DNA of 63,633 nt, filler included, from Octopus bimaculoides (Eukaryota): NCBI RefSeq assembly GCF_001194135.2. It is 8 parts of 7 records of this genome, joined end to end, with 100 filler letters (N's around TTAATTAATTAA, not from the genome) between each part and the next. Parts side by side here need not be neighbours in the genome. Positions count along the whole stretch, not along the records: positions 1 to 17,043 come from NC_068984.1; positions 17,144 to 30,098 come from NC_068997.1; 6 more parts are not named here. The stretch is one strand, 5' to 3'. This document shows, in pieces, positions 11,140 through 24,357 of the stretch. The notes below the pieces were generated by a model that saw only the letters and a program-made list of their open reading frames with translations, was not told where the DNA came from and searched no databases. A program made the translations under genes and the position numbers. Each line of letters starts with the position of its first letter. The stretch's first letter is position 1.

Positions 11140-12128
11140 TATGAATAGTAATTTGGTTGCAAAATTATCGTACTAGCAGGAGATTTTAGTCAAGTCCTTC
11201 CATTTGTTTCCAGAGCTCCTCGTGCAGCTGTACACGATGCCTGACTCAAACGTTCCTTTATGTGGGATAATTTTCATCAATTGCAACTTACGCAAAACAT
11301 GAGAACAAATGCAAATGAAGAAAATTTTTCGAGGTTGCTACTACAACTACGAAGTGGATTTCTTCAAAGCTCCCTTGATAATCCAGCAGAAGATATTATT
11401 GACAATTCTGAGGCAGCAGATGTAACAGTTTTTGTTATCTTATGTATTTGACAATTGCACAGTAGAAGAGATGAAAAATAGAGTGATCTTATCCCTTAAA
11501 ATTTCGGACTGGTTAATGAAGAAATGAAGAAATTCTAAGTAGCTTGCCCCACCGAATCTAAGATATATCTAAGCACCAACTCAGTAACTTCTGATAATGA
11601 AGAAGAAGCTCAATTATCATATGAAGTCTATAAACTCTCTCACACCTTCCGGAATGCTTTCCCATCGCCTTAACTTAAAAGTTGGAGTAATTATTATGCT
11701 TCTTAGAAACCTATCTATAACACAATGTCTATGGATTGGAACTCGCTTGGATGTACTTCAACTCCACGAGCATAGCATCGAAGCGTTATTTATAAGGGGA
11801 TCTTATTCTCACACGATTGTACTCATTCCAAGTATCAAAATTAAACCAAGCGCTGCAAACATTCCTTTCGTTCTTCAACGAACACAGTTCCTGGTTCGTC
11901 TGTCCTATTCTATGACAATCAATAAAGCACAGAGGTAAACATTCAATAGAGTTGACATACACTTGCCACAGCCATTCTTCATTCATGGCCAGCTTTACGT
12001 AGCTATTTTCAAGTGCCAGGGCGATGAACAGTGTCAGCGTTAAAGCGATAACTCAAAACGAATCCACTCATGGTCGCAGAAGGGGAATCACCTACACTAG
12101 AAACATTGTATATAGGGAAGCGCTGTAA
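11140..12128 (+). mobile_element. Helitron RepHel PIF1-like helicase C-terminal remnant (frameshifts and stops)
   Basis: GDF.QVLP, LTQNMR, LTPSGM..H.L.LKVG..IMLLRNL, QF.VRLSYSMTINKAQ, HGQLYVA and TRNIVYREAL* appear in order. Confidence 0.9.
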
Positions 12129-13398
12129 CGTATTTAGCATACACTTTCACACACTAACTTGATATATACTTATATTATTAATAGATATAACATAAAAGCT
12201 AATAGAATCTTTCATTAAGCAAACTAGTGCAAATTGAACAATTTTAATTAAATGATAACTATTCATTGGACGATATTTAAATAATCCATGAATTTCCACA
12301 CGGTTCCAGGTAGTTAAAATAGTTATATCAGGGGCTAGCGTATAAAAAGTGATCGTATCGGTAAAATTAATATTTAAGTATATAATTATATAATACAATT
12401 ATAACTAAGGGCTGTGGAATGCTAGCGCCTATACGCTAAAAGTAGATGTCAAATACCCACAGTCCACTCTAAATTAGTTCTCTATTGATAACCCTAGGTC
12501 GGATGCGAGTGAATGGGCAAGAAGAGTTACAAAATTCCGGATAATCCTATATCTTAAGATTTCATGCCCTGCTATAGAAATTGCTTTGCAATCCTCGGTA
12601 GAAATGCACCGATAGATATATAAACAATATATATATATATATATATATANNNNNNNNNNNNNNNNNNNNNNNNNNNNNNNNNNNNNNNNNNNNNNNNNNN
12701 NNNNNNNNNNNNNNNNNNNNNNNNNNNNNNNNNNNNNNNNNNNNNNNNNNNNNNNNNNNNNNNNNNNNNNNNNNNNNNNNNNNNNNNNNNNNNNNNNNNN
12801 NNNNNNNNNNNNNNNNNNNNNNNNNNNNNNNNNNNNNNNNNNNNNNNNNNNNNNNNNNNNNNNNNNNNNNNNNNNNNNNNNNNNNNNNNNNNNNNNNNNN
12901 NNNNNNNNNNNNNNNNNNNNNNNNNNNNNNNNNNNNNNNNNNNNNNNNNNNNNNNNNNNNNNNNNNNNNNNNNNNNNNNNNNNNNNNNNNNNNNNNNNNN
13001 NNNNNNNNNNNNNNNNNNNNNNNNNNNNNNNNNNNNNNNNNNNNNNNNNNNNNNNNNNNNNNNNNNNNNNNNNNNNNNNNNNNNNNNNNNNNNNNNNNNN
13101 NNNNNNNNNNNNNNNNNNNNNNNNNNNNNNNNNNNNNNNNNNNNNNNNNNNNNNNNNNNNNNNNNNNNNNNNNNNNNNNNNNNNNNNNNNNNNNNNNNNN
13201 NNNNNNNNNNNNNNNNNNNNNNNNNNNNNNNNNNNNNNNNNNNNNNNNNNNNNNNNNNNNNNNNNNNNNNNNNNNNNNNNNNNNNNNNNNNNNNNNNNNN
13301 NNNNNNNNNNNNNNNNNNNNNNNNNNNNNNNNNNNNNNNNNNNNNNNNNNNNNNNNNNNNNNNNNNNNNNNNNNNNNNNNNNNNNNNNNNNNNNNNNN

Positions 13399-13439
<41 letters not shown>

Positions 13440-13767
13440 GATAAATCTATTCGCAGACAGTAATGTATACATGCGTTTCCCGCGTATACATTATATCTAC
13501 TAGGCCATCTCGACAGTGTGGTTAACGTCAGAAATCATACGGGGAAAATACAGTCTCACAGTATAATATAATTACTAGACAAGTAAAAAATTATTTATAC
13601 TTGTAAATTAACGATTTAATCATTAAAATGATTACATCAGTGGCTAGCGTATAAATAGTGGCCGTATCGGTAAAATTAATTTATATATAAGTATATACAT
13701 AAAGTTACACTTATACATATATACGCTGTATGTTATACATGCACACATATATTACCATAGGTATATA

Positions 13768-13802
<35 letters not shown>

Positions 13803-14346
13803 TTGTATGAGCGTCTCACTCAACGTATATGTCGATACATGCGAATACATACGCTCACGCGCGGGCACACGCACACGCACCCAAACACGCACACACATAT
13901 ATAGAATTAGATCCACAGATTAGACGCAAAAGACTATTAATATGAAAACAGATTTCAATAATAGTTCCAGTACGCCACACTACTAGCTAATTATTCTCTG
14001 GAATGACTATCAGTTCGTCAGATGATAGATTGCAACAGCTGTCTTTAGAAAGATTGCTTAAATTTCCCTACTCTACAAACGTTGTTTGTCGTTTGTAGAA
14101 GCAAAAGATTGAGAATAAATGTGCTTCAATATTTAAAACAGCGTAATATATGAAATACTATTTCGTAGATGAGTTTTGACATTTTTACATCTATTGCTTA
14201 TAACATCCTCATTGCTACTATGAAGGTATTAGGGGTGTTGAAAATATGGCTTGTGCATTTCTTATGGTAGAGATGTTTCGTTTTTCTTATGAAAGGATAC
14301 CGCGCATATATATATATAAACATACATGTCTATAAATATATATATG

Positions 14347-14411
<65 letters not shown>

Positions 14412-14979
14412 NNNNNNNNNNNNNNNNNNNNNNNNNNNNNNNNNNNNNNNNNNNNNNNNNNNNNNNNNNNNNNNNNNNNNNNNNNNNNNNNNNNNNNNNN
14501 NNNNNNNNNNNNNNNNNNNNNNNNNNNNNNNNNNNNNNNNNNNNNNNNNNNNNNNNNNNNNNNNNNNNNNNNNNNNNNNNNNNNNNNNNNNNNNNNNNNN
14601 NNNNNNNNNNNNNNNNNNNNNNNNNNNNNNNNNNNNNNNNNNNNNNNNNNNNNNNNNNNNNNNNNNNNNNNNNNNNNNNNNNNNNNNNNNNNNNNNNNNN
14701 NNNNNNNNNNNNNNNNNNNNNNNNNNNNNNNNNNNNNNNNNNNNNNNNNNNNNNNNNNNNNNNNNNNNNNNNNNNNNNNNNNNNNNNNNNNNNGAAATAA
14801 ACAGGGAGAGAAAACAGAAAAAGGTTTAGTGGCTAGCGATCTATCATGGCAAATGCAAAGACAGAGGTGTCAAGCAGGAGAGCTAGGAACAAGTGGAGAT
14901 AATTAAATAGTGATGATCCGAAAAGGAAGGTGCGCATGCGTGTGTATGTGAGAACGTATATGTGCGTGTTGAAGGGTCT

Positions 14980-16190
14980 AGTGATCTTGACATGTTCGTG
15001 TGTGCTTTTCTAGGTGTGTGGATGATTGTGTAGGCGCTGTTAAGTGGTCAGTGCTAGTGTATGCGGGGTGGTATGATGTGGAAAGGTGTAGTATGGTGGT
15101 GTGTACTATGGTGATGTATAGTGTGGTGGTACGGTTTGGTTGAGTGTGGTATGGGTGGTGGTGTTGGGGTGGGGGGCGAGAGTTGGGAAAGGAAGGGTGG
15201 GGGTCTAAGGGATAGAGTGGGAGTGGGATGGGATGTATAGGGATGGTGGTGTTGGAATGTGTAGGAGTGGGGTAACGCTGGAGGGGTGACAATGAAAGGA
15301 GAGGGTGGAAGGAAGAAGATGGGTAATACTGAATAGAGGAAGTAGGTACCAGAGCAAGAGAGGAGAGGTGGGTAGGAGGAAGTAGGTGTGAGAGGAAGAG
15401 ATGACAGAGGAGGAGGTTTAGAGGATGAGGGGAGGAGATTTTAACCCATGTGGTGAAAAGGAGCAAAGAGAGAAGATTAATACCTCCTCACGACGAAGAC
15501 GGCAGTCCGGATGGCCCCTGTGCAATGACAATCCGAACACTGACAGGTGTTGTAAAGAATGACCGGTAGAGCGAAAATGGCGCGAGACCAGGTTGTCGTT
15601 GCCGAGTCTGATGTCTCGGAGGTGTTCCGCGAACCAGTCAGCCAAGCGGCGTCCCGTTTGACCGATGTATTGAGAAGGACAGGGAGCAGGAGATGCATTA
15701 AGTGACGTTGCTAGAAGTGCAGGTAAAGGAGACTGTGATGTAAGTCGATGATGGGTGCCTGTGAGGAGGGTATTGTTGGTGGGGAACGAGCCGGGTTGGG
15801 AAATTGGGGTTAGAGAAGAAGCTGTTGACCAAGAGGTCTCGTAGGCTGTGGGCTTGTTTGAAGGAGGAAAGGGGTAGATTACGGAAGTTCTGAGAAGTGA
15901 AGTGGCTGGATTTGATTCGCCGGAAGGCTCGGAGAATGGNNNNNNNNNNAGGTAAAGGAGACTGTGATGTAAGTCGATGATGGGTGCCTGTGAGGAGGGT
16001 ATTGTTGGTGGGGAACGAGCCGGGTTGGGAAATTGGGGTTAGAGAAGAAGCTGTTGACCAAGAGGTCTCGTAGGCTGTGGGCTTGTTTGAAGGAGGAAAG
16101 GGGTAGATTACGGAAGTTCTGAGAAGTGAAGTGGCTGGATTTGATTCGCCGGAAGGCTCGGAGAATGGTGCATTGGAAAAGTAGGGGGAT
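14980..16190 (-). mobile_element. Penelope-like element 3' part (GIY-YIG endonuclease and pyrimidine-rich 3' UTR)
   Basis: PL.SF...SLRD.LV, TCTSSNV, C..C...YIGQTGRRLADWFAEHLRDIR, VSRHF...GHS, REEVLIFSL...P.GL. Bases 15721-15939 are duplicated across a 10-N gap. Confidence 0.85.
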
Positions 16191-16225
16191 GGTAGGTGAG
16201 GGGAAACGGGAGACGAGTGTATATT

Positions 16226-16270
<45 letters not shown>

Positions 16271-16706
16271 TCACAGATATACCTATTTATAGAAGTATGT
16301 CTGGATATGTATATATACACATTGTCTGGACTAAGTTCAACAGTTTGCATTGAAGACAATCTATATCCTAGCCAAACGGAAAGAGAATTTTAAAAACTCA
16401 AAATATATCATGTAGATTATGGCTGAGAGATAACAGTTTACACAGATTTGTCACCTTAGTTTACACCACAATTTCAAGATGGCTCTGGAAATTGTCGCAT
16501 ATGTTTCTCACTATGACTTGCGGGTTGTTAACACCTCGGTTTTGGCTCTTCAAGTAGAGCCGTTGGTGTTATTCACAAATGTACCGTAGACATAATACCA
16601 TATGGAATTTTATATTTAGATATAACTGCGGTACTTATGTGTACTCATGACTATTTTCTTCTGCTTTCTTTTTTCCATGGGTGATTGTATTTCATTAATT
16701 TCTTAT

Positions 16707-16775
16707 CGTATTCTCTACTGATGAGGGAAAAATCCGTTGGATTTATTCCGAAATTGATTCAATATAGAGATAACG
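16707..16775 (+). ncRNA. Type I hammerhead ribozyme
   Basis: Stem I tctcta (16712-17) / tagaga (16765-70); core CUGAUGA (16718-24); 11-bp stem II gggaaaaatcc-gtt-ggatttattcc; GAAA (16750-53); stem III attg-att-caat; cleavage triplet AUA after 16764. Confidence 0.75.
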
Positions 16776-17043
16776 CATTAAAAAAAAAATTCTGGAAGCT
16801 TGACTTCCTCGATTTCAGCACGACATGTATTCATAGTGATGCATATTTTATGTGGTGATTGACGATTTAAAATCTATTCTCAGCATATTGGCATATACAT
16901 CTTTTTTTCTTTTGGTCTTAATTATAATTGTTTATAATTTTCACCTTTAAAAGTATTTTTAATTTCCTGGCCACTTTGATGAAATTTTTTGAAAAAATGT
17001 TATCCTATCTTAGAAGTAAATGTGTATATATATATATATATAT

Positions 17044-17143
17044 NNNNNNNNNNNNNNNNNNNNNNNNNNNNNNNNNNNNNNNNNNNNTTAATTAATTAAN
17101 NNNNNNNNNNNNNNNNNNNNNNNNNNNNNNNNNNNNNNNNNNN
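17044..17143. other. Artificial scaffold linker 44N-TTAATTAATTAA-44N (also 30099-30198, 40937-41036, 46589-46688, 55910-56009, 57949-58048, 62182-62281)
   Basis: Seven identical 100-bp units whose 12-mer gives stops in all six frames. Confidence 0.97.
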
Positions 17144-17170
17144 ATATATATACATATATATACATATATA

Positions 17171-17254
17171 CGACGGGCTACTTTCAGTTTCCGTCTACCA
17201 AATCCACTCACAAGGCTTTGGTCGGCCCGAGGCTATAGTAGAAGAGACTTGCCC
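17171..17254 (-). mobile_element. Family A SINE fragment
   Basis: cgacgggctactttcagtttccgtctaccaaatccactcacaaggctttggtcggcccgaggctatagtagaag matches the body of 25501-25590. Confidence 0.8.
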
Positions 17255-17559
17255 TCTAGCTGCTCCTACTCTAATCATCAGTGTGGCCGCTTCCTCTTAA
17301 ATATTGTGGTTTTGAACTATTGGAATATATTTGCTGAGTACTAATACCATACGTGGTCATTCTTGGAAGTATAGTCTCTCGTTTGATGAGAATTGTATTT
17401 GTATTAATTCTTTCATTTCATATTCTAAATGGATTACTCGTTTACATAAACCTTTGTCGTGCTCATAAACCTTTACCTGGTGCATTAGCCATTGACATCT
17501 TGTGAGAGCGATAGAGTTTTAAACATTTTCCTCCTTTTTGCAATCAGTGCAGTCATTAG

Positions 17560-18150
17560 CAAAGTTAACAACAAAGTATCAATCATTGAAGACATCAATC
17601 AATAAATCCCTGTCGATATCCAGCTCTCAATCATTATGCACATGTGCTTTTGAATAACTGTGTACATCAATACGTCAGTCACTCTAAATATAAATCTAGC
17701 ACTCACTGTAGATCTTCCAAAACTGTCAATCTATATGCATCAATCTACCTCAATGCATCAATCAGCATGGACATGAATGCATCAATCACTTTAGTCATCA
17801 ATCTTTCAGTCACCGCAATACTCATTCTACGAATCAATATAGCTTATGCATTAATCTATCACTGTAGACTTCATTAATTCAATATCTGCAAACACCATTT
17901 TGTTAGTCGCTGTATAAATCAATGAATCAATTAGTCAATGAGGCAATCTGAGAAAGCATCAATCCATCACTCAGCGTAGACGTCAGTCTGTCAATCATTA
18001 TAGATATCACTCGATTAATCACTATTGACATTGATCTACCAACCATATTTGAAATCGATATATCAATCAATATGGAAATCACCTGCATTCATGAGTATAG
18101 CTTAAAGATAATACAGACCTTCAGTGTAAATCAATATGAGCAACATTTCA
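17560..18150. repeat. Degenerate ATCAATC-rich tandem array
   Basis: (a)tcaatc recurs at short intervals throughout. Confidence 0.6.
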
Positions 18151-19430
18151 AACGTCAATATGAATAACATGTAGTTCTTGGTAAAGCTATTACTGTTTAA
18201 ACTTCCTCCATTGGTCAGTTAAGATTGAGAATACGTGCTAAGACAGTAGAGTCTTACTTGAAGGTAATTTGGTGACTATTTCTAACAGTTAGTATGACTG
18301 CTTAGTGACTTACTTGTTAATTTCTACTGTTGTCGTATTGTCTAGTTCCAGATCAGAATACTTTTGGTATTCCATCTGTGACTATCCTTCCTCCACCCAC
18401 ATTGCTTAATTTTGAAGCAATATGTATACAAGACTCTATTAAACTAACTGGCCTCGTGCCGTCAAAAACAACGGCTAAGTGTTGTATTTTATATATTAAT
18501 ATGGATGGTAAATCAAATTAATACACTCACATACTTCCGTTGTCCACGTACAAGCGTACATACTTATAATCACACAGAATTGAAACATTGTTTGATTTTT
18601 ATTTTCAGCGTTGAATGTTCATCATCCCACCAGTTTGTCATCACCCCTTCATTTCTCATTCATATGTTTTGACGAAGAAAAAGAGAAGTGTATTATTATA
18701 GTAGAAGATATTTTGTTAATTCTATACATATTGTTATTCCATGCGCCCATTTCACCCTCTTGTAGACCCCTATTTGTACTTGTCTGTTCTGTTTTGTCCA
18801 TTTATGTATAAGCTAATTGTGGCCAGTTTGAAATAAAATTTCAGTAGCAGGCTGTTCCGATGATCTGTCCGCTGCAACACTCGTCTTAACCGACGTTGTG
18901 CCAGTTTTAAGTGTGTGCGTGTATATATAGGCACACCCACAAATACACACACATACAAACAAATACATATATCTATACATAATTGTGTGTGTGTGTGTGT
19001 GTGTGTGCGTGCGTGTGTGTGTGTGTGCGTGTGTGTGTGTGGGGGGGGTGGATAAGTATATGAATACCTGTTATAAATCATTCTAAACATAACTACTCGA
19101 AATTAGTATTATCAATATACTAACCAGAACAGAAGCCGTCGCCTCTAACATTCAATTTAAATACCAGACTAACGAAAATGTATAACAATCATTGTATTAG
19201 CTACTCAAACACCATCAGGAATACAACAGATATTACATTAGAGATCACCGCAACTAAGAAAACAAAATAAAACAAAAACAAAACAAAAAGCTTAAAAATA
19301 TATAAATAGAGAAATACAAAAATATATATATATATATTTCCCTTCAGCTTTAACACAATAGGTTATATTTTGTTGCTTGATATTTTGTACATTAATATTC
19401 TATTCTCTTGCGTACCTTGGTAAAAGAAAT

Positions 19431-19462
<32 letters not shown>

Positions 19463-19471
19463 CTATGTATG

Positions 19472-19516
<45 letters not shown>

Positions 19517-20604
19517 NNNNNNNNNNNNNNNNNNNNNNNNNNNNNNNNNNNNNNNNNNNNNNNNNNNNNNNNNNNNNNNNNNNNNNNNNNNNNNNNNNNN
19601 NNNNNNNNNNNNNNNNNNNNNNNNNNNNNNNNNNNNNNNNNNNNNNNNNNNNNNNNNNNNNNNNNNNNNNNNNNNNNNNNNNNNNNNNNNNNNNNNNNNN
19701 NNNNNNNNNNNNNNNNNNNNNNNNNNNNNNNNNTATATATATATGCTCACGCATACATATATGTATGTTTGTGTTTATATACATCGTGTATGCTAATTTA
19801 TGCAAATACATAAGTATATTTTTGAAAGTAGTAGATATTATATATGAATGTATATGCATGTGTCTATATGTATATATGTGCGTGTGGGCAAAAAAACATT
19901 GTCTTGTGCGTCTGTATTTGAGCCGCGTAGATTGTGTGTATACGTATATGTACATATGTATGTATCCCTATACATACACAGACACACACACACACATATA
20001 TATGTACATATTTATATATTCATACACACACATAAATACATATATGCACCTATATACATACATATAGAGTTGGCTTTTAAGTCGTAATCACGCACACGCG
20101 CGTACACACTCACACATACACACATATCTATATATATATGTATATATATATAATTATGTATGCGTTTGTAAATGGCAGGCGACGTCAAAGATGAAGAAAA
20201 AAAAACATTATAAAACATTGAAAAGTACCTTTAAGATAAGGTAAAATCATTTTGAGATTACATTGTTTCATTTAGAGTCAGTACTGACGTACGTGCGTAC
20301 ATACATACATACGTACATACATACGTTCATAAATTCGAACTTACATCCATCCATCCATCTACAGACGCGTACGTGCGTGCATGCGTGCGTGCGTGCGTGT
20401 ATGTGCGCAGGAGGCTTGTTTGTGTGTATGTGTGTGTGTGCGTTTACAGCACACTTTATGTATATAAATGTATGTATATCTGTATGTGTCTATGCATGTA
20501 TATATTTTATATACACACACACGCTATATATATTCTCTCGAATATATATATAAACGTACAAACCTTTTCTTACAGTCATATATTATTCATACATATCGTT
20601 ATAC

Positions 20605-20645
<41 letters not shown>

Positions 20646-20864
20646 ACTTGGGGATGGTCATATTNNNNNNNNNNNNNNNNNNNNNNNNNNNNNNNNNNNN
20701 NNNNNNNNNNNNNNNNNNNNNNNNNNNNNNNNNNNNNNNNNNNNNNNNNNNNNNNNNNNNNNNNNNNNNNNNNNNNNNNNNNNNNNNNNNNNNNNNNNNN
20801 NNNNNNNNNNNNNNNNNNNNNNNNNNNNNNNNNNNNNNNNNNNNNNNNNNNNNNNNNNNNNNNN

Positions 20865-20900
<36 letters not shown>

Positions 20901-20979
20901 AAGGCACGTATATTTTTATAGAATATATACATACGTTCATACAGACACGTACCACCCCCATCTCTCTGTCTTTCTCTCC

Positions 20980-21010
<31 letters not shown>

Positions 21011-21543
21011 TATTCATTTTCCTTCTCTCTCTGGGGTATGCGACGAGGTAAGGCATTTAAGACAATAACCGGAGAAAGCATATCCAAATGAGTCAGCCAC
21101 ATGAACAATAATATTAGTTACTCGACTTTACTTCGCCCCAGTTTCCTTCCTTGTAATACTTCGTGAGTTTATAACGTCTGCAGGTTGAATCTAGTGGCTT
21201 ATTTTATTTTATTGTATTTTATTTTATTTTTCTATTAATCGCTTCCTTATATGGGAGTAGAACAGTATGTCACTTGATTGATTGGCAATTCGTCAGGGCG
21301 TAAAAGAATCTCTTGCAGGAGTTGAAATACTTATTGTACTGCCAGACGGTTTTTTGTTTTGTTTTTAATTTATTAATTTATTAATTAATTAACTTATTTA
21401 CTTATTTATTTCTTCATTCATTCATTTTTACGTTCTCTGATCAAATCACGCCGACATCAAGTACCTTACTGTCATACCTAAGTTCTCTGTTTCGTTGCTG
21501 CTGCTGCTGCTGCTGCTGCTACTACTACTACAACTACTACTAT

Positions 21544-21577
<34 letters not shown>

Positions 21578-22149
21578 TCTTTTTTTTCTTCTTCGTCTTC
21601 TTTGTCGCCGTCATCGTTGTCGGCGTCATCGTCATCTTTCCTCTTCTTTGTCTTTCTCGTTTTCATCGTGGTCGGAGTCTTTTTGGTTATGGTCATCATG
21701 GTCAACGTTATCTTTTTTTACATCGTGATTATCAGCATCATTTTCGTCTGCCTCTTCTATTTCTTCATTTCTTCTGCCCCCACCCTTTTTTTTTCCTCAT
21801 GCTCCACTTCTTCCATTTCATCCTCATCCTCGCCTCAGAATTAGTTTCGATCTGCTACAGGTGGACAGTTTTGCGATGCAACTCATGGTACACCGTTCTC
21901 CACAAACAAAAACAAAAAAAATGGAAGAGGATTGAGCGGGGATTTAGCAAATTCTTTTCTGATCAACTATTCAAAGGCATCATAAAACAAGATGGTAGAG
22001 AATGGGTCGATGTATTTTTATTATTTCAGCGACGAATGGTTAAAAAAAGACAAAAGAACCCAAAAAGATAAATGTGCTACGATTGGATACGAGAGAAAAT
22101 TTAAAAAAAGAGGATAAATACAATTGAGAGAGAGAGAGGGAGAGAGAGA

Positions 22150-22201
<52 letters not shown>

Positions 22202-22439
22202 TAAATATAGAATGATAAAAACGTGGGGGTGTAATTTGTGACAATTTCTATTGTCTGTTGAAAAAATGGGATATGTGCCAAGAAGATGTATGTCGCACTT
22301 ATTGCTAAGGCTTGTGGCACTAGTGATTGAACATAGATATAATTAAGTATTTGAAACCGTAACCACGTGTTGCTAGATGCATAAAAGTCACACTCCATAT
22401 ACCATGCAGATTGATATGGATTATCGCGGACAACCAACG

Positions 22440-23025
22440 TCTGAAGATTAGTTTTCTTGAGAAAGATACAAGTCGTGGTTTACCGTAGCCTTCGGAGACT
22501 ATATTTTCAATTCACGTTGTTAATTACCTGTTTTACTGGGCTTAACTACTTCATGACTAAGTTCCTATCTAACCCTTCAACAGAAGTTATGGTTGAGTTC
22601 AGTACACTATCATTGACGATTTTGGGCATGAGACGCGTGTCTTCCAAGTTTGTGCCGAAACTGCTTTCAGTTGACCACGATGACATTCGGGTTTCAGTTG
22701 CACAAGATTTCCTTGTTTGTGTCGAGTACGATGACAACATTTTGAAAATTTTGCGTATGCCTCTGAGCAGGTATCGCCAAGCTTTTGGCAAAATTTGGTG
22801 CATATTCTCTACTTAACTTTGTCTGTCATGGTCAATGCCATGATCACACGCTACACACCTTCCATCTAAGGACTGTTGTAAACAGCGGAAGTGAGTTAGA
22901 ACATTAAAACTTAGTGTAAGTGCACAGAAGAATTCAAAGTTAATCTATGCTAAGCGGATTCACTCTGCATGATTTAGCTTCATTACTACGGCAACAGTCC
23001 GGATGCTTATTGAACAGAGCACGTA
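22440..23025 (+). mobile_element. Internally deleted mariner remnant
   Basis: LGMRRVSSKFVPKLL (WVP.LL motif region). Right end ...ggatgcttattgaacagagcacgTA is TIR-like. The left end is uncertain. Confidence 0.65.
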
Positions 23026-23057
23026 TATGCATATATATATATTTATCCATTTATTTT

Positions 23058-23252
23058 TTTCTCCAACCATTTGACTGCGGCCATGCTGGAGCACCGCCAT
23101 TAGTCAAACAAAGCGACCCTAGGACTTATTCTTTGTAAGCCTAGTACTTATTCTAACGGGCTATTTTGTCGAACCGCTATGTTACGGGGAGGTAAACGCA
23201 CCAACATCAGTTGCCACGCGATGATGTTGGGGACAAACACAGACAGACAAGC
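23058..23252 (-). mobile_element. Family C SINE tail
   Basis: catttgactgcggccatgctggagcaccgcc...ggacttattctttgtaagcctagtactta. Confidence 0.8.
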
Positions 23253-24287
23253 ATATATAGATATATATATNNNNNNNNNNNNNNNNNNNNNNNNNNNNNN
23301 NNNNNNNNNNNNNNNNNNNNNNNNNNNNNNNNNNNNNNNNNNNNNNNNNNNNNNNNNNNNNNNNNNNNNNNNNNNNNNNNNNNNNNNNNNNNNNNNNNNN
23401 NNNNNNNNNNNNNNNNNNNNNNNNNNNNNNNNNNNNNNNNNNNNNNNNNNNNNNNNNNNNNNNNNNNNNNNNNNNNNNNNNNNNNNNNNNNNNNNNNNNN
23501 NNNNNNNNNNNNNNNNNNNNNNNNNNNNNNNNNNNNNNNNNNNNNNNNNNNNNNNNNNNNNNNNNNNNNNNNNNNNNNNNNNNNNNNNNNNNNNNNNNNN
23601 NNNNNNNNNNNNNNNNNNNNNNNNNNNNNNNNNNNNNNNNNNNNNNNNNNNNNNNNNNNNNNNNNNNNNNNNNNNNNNNNNNNNNNNNNNNNNNNNNNNN
23701 NNNNNNNNNNNNNNNNNNNNNNNNNNNNNNNNNNNNNNNNNNNNNNNNNNNNNNNNNNNNNNNNNNNNNNNNNNNNNNNNNNNNNNNNNNNNNNNNNNNN
23801 NNNNNNNNNNNNNNNNNNNNNNNNNNNNNNNNNNNNNNNNNNNNNNNNNNNNNNNNNNNNNNNNNNNNNNNNNNNNNNNNNNNNNNNNNNNNNNNNNNNN
23901 NNNNNNNNNNNNNNNNNNNNNNNNNNNNNNNNNNNNNNNNNNNNNNNNNNNNNNNNNNNNNNNNNNNNNNNNNNNNNNNNNNNNNNNNNNNNNNNNNNNN
24001 NNNNNNNNNNNNNNNNNNNNNNNNNNATATATATATATATATATACATGCACATATGGAAATACGTACATACGAACATATATATGGCGGTATTCTAAATC
24101 TGTTTGAATGTATACCTAATTTTTCAGAGGTAGTAAAAGGAGTAACGTGGACGCAACATGTGTGCTTGAATGTGACTAGGAATGCATGAACGTACGCACA
24201 CGTATGCATGTATGCATATATATGTCTTTATATGCTCTCACACCGCCATATGTTTGACTATGCACGTATCTATGTACGTGGATGTTC

Positions 24288-24357
<70 letters not shown>

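Noticed and set aside
15721-16168. 219-bp tandem duplication in the PLE (and a 49-bp one at 56778-56885)
   Set aside because: Identical copies on either side of a 10-N gap indicate an unmerged contig overlap.
17088-17099. Recurrent TTAATTAATTAA motif (7 copies) that could look like a conserved site or piggyBac target array
   Set aside because: Always centred in exactly 44N+12+44N, so it is an artificial six-frame-stop scaffold linker.
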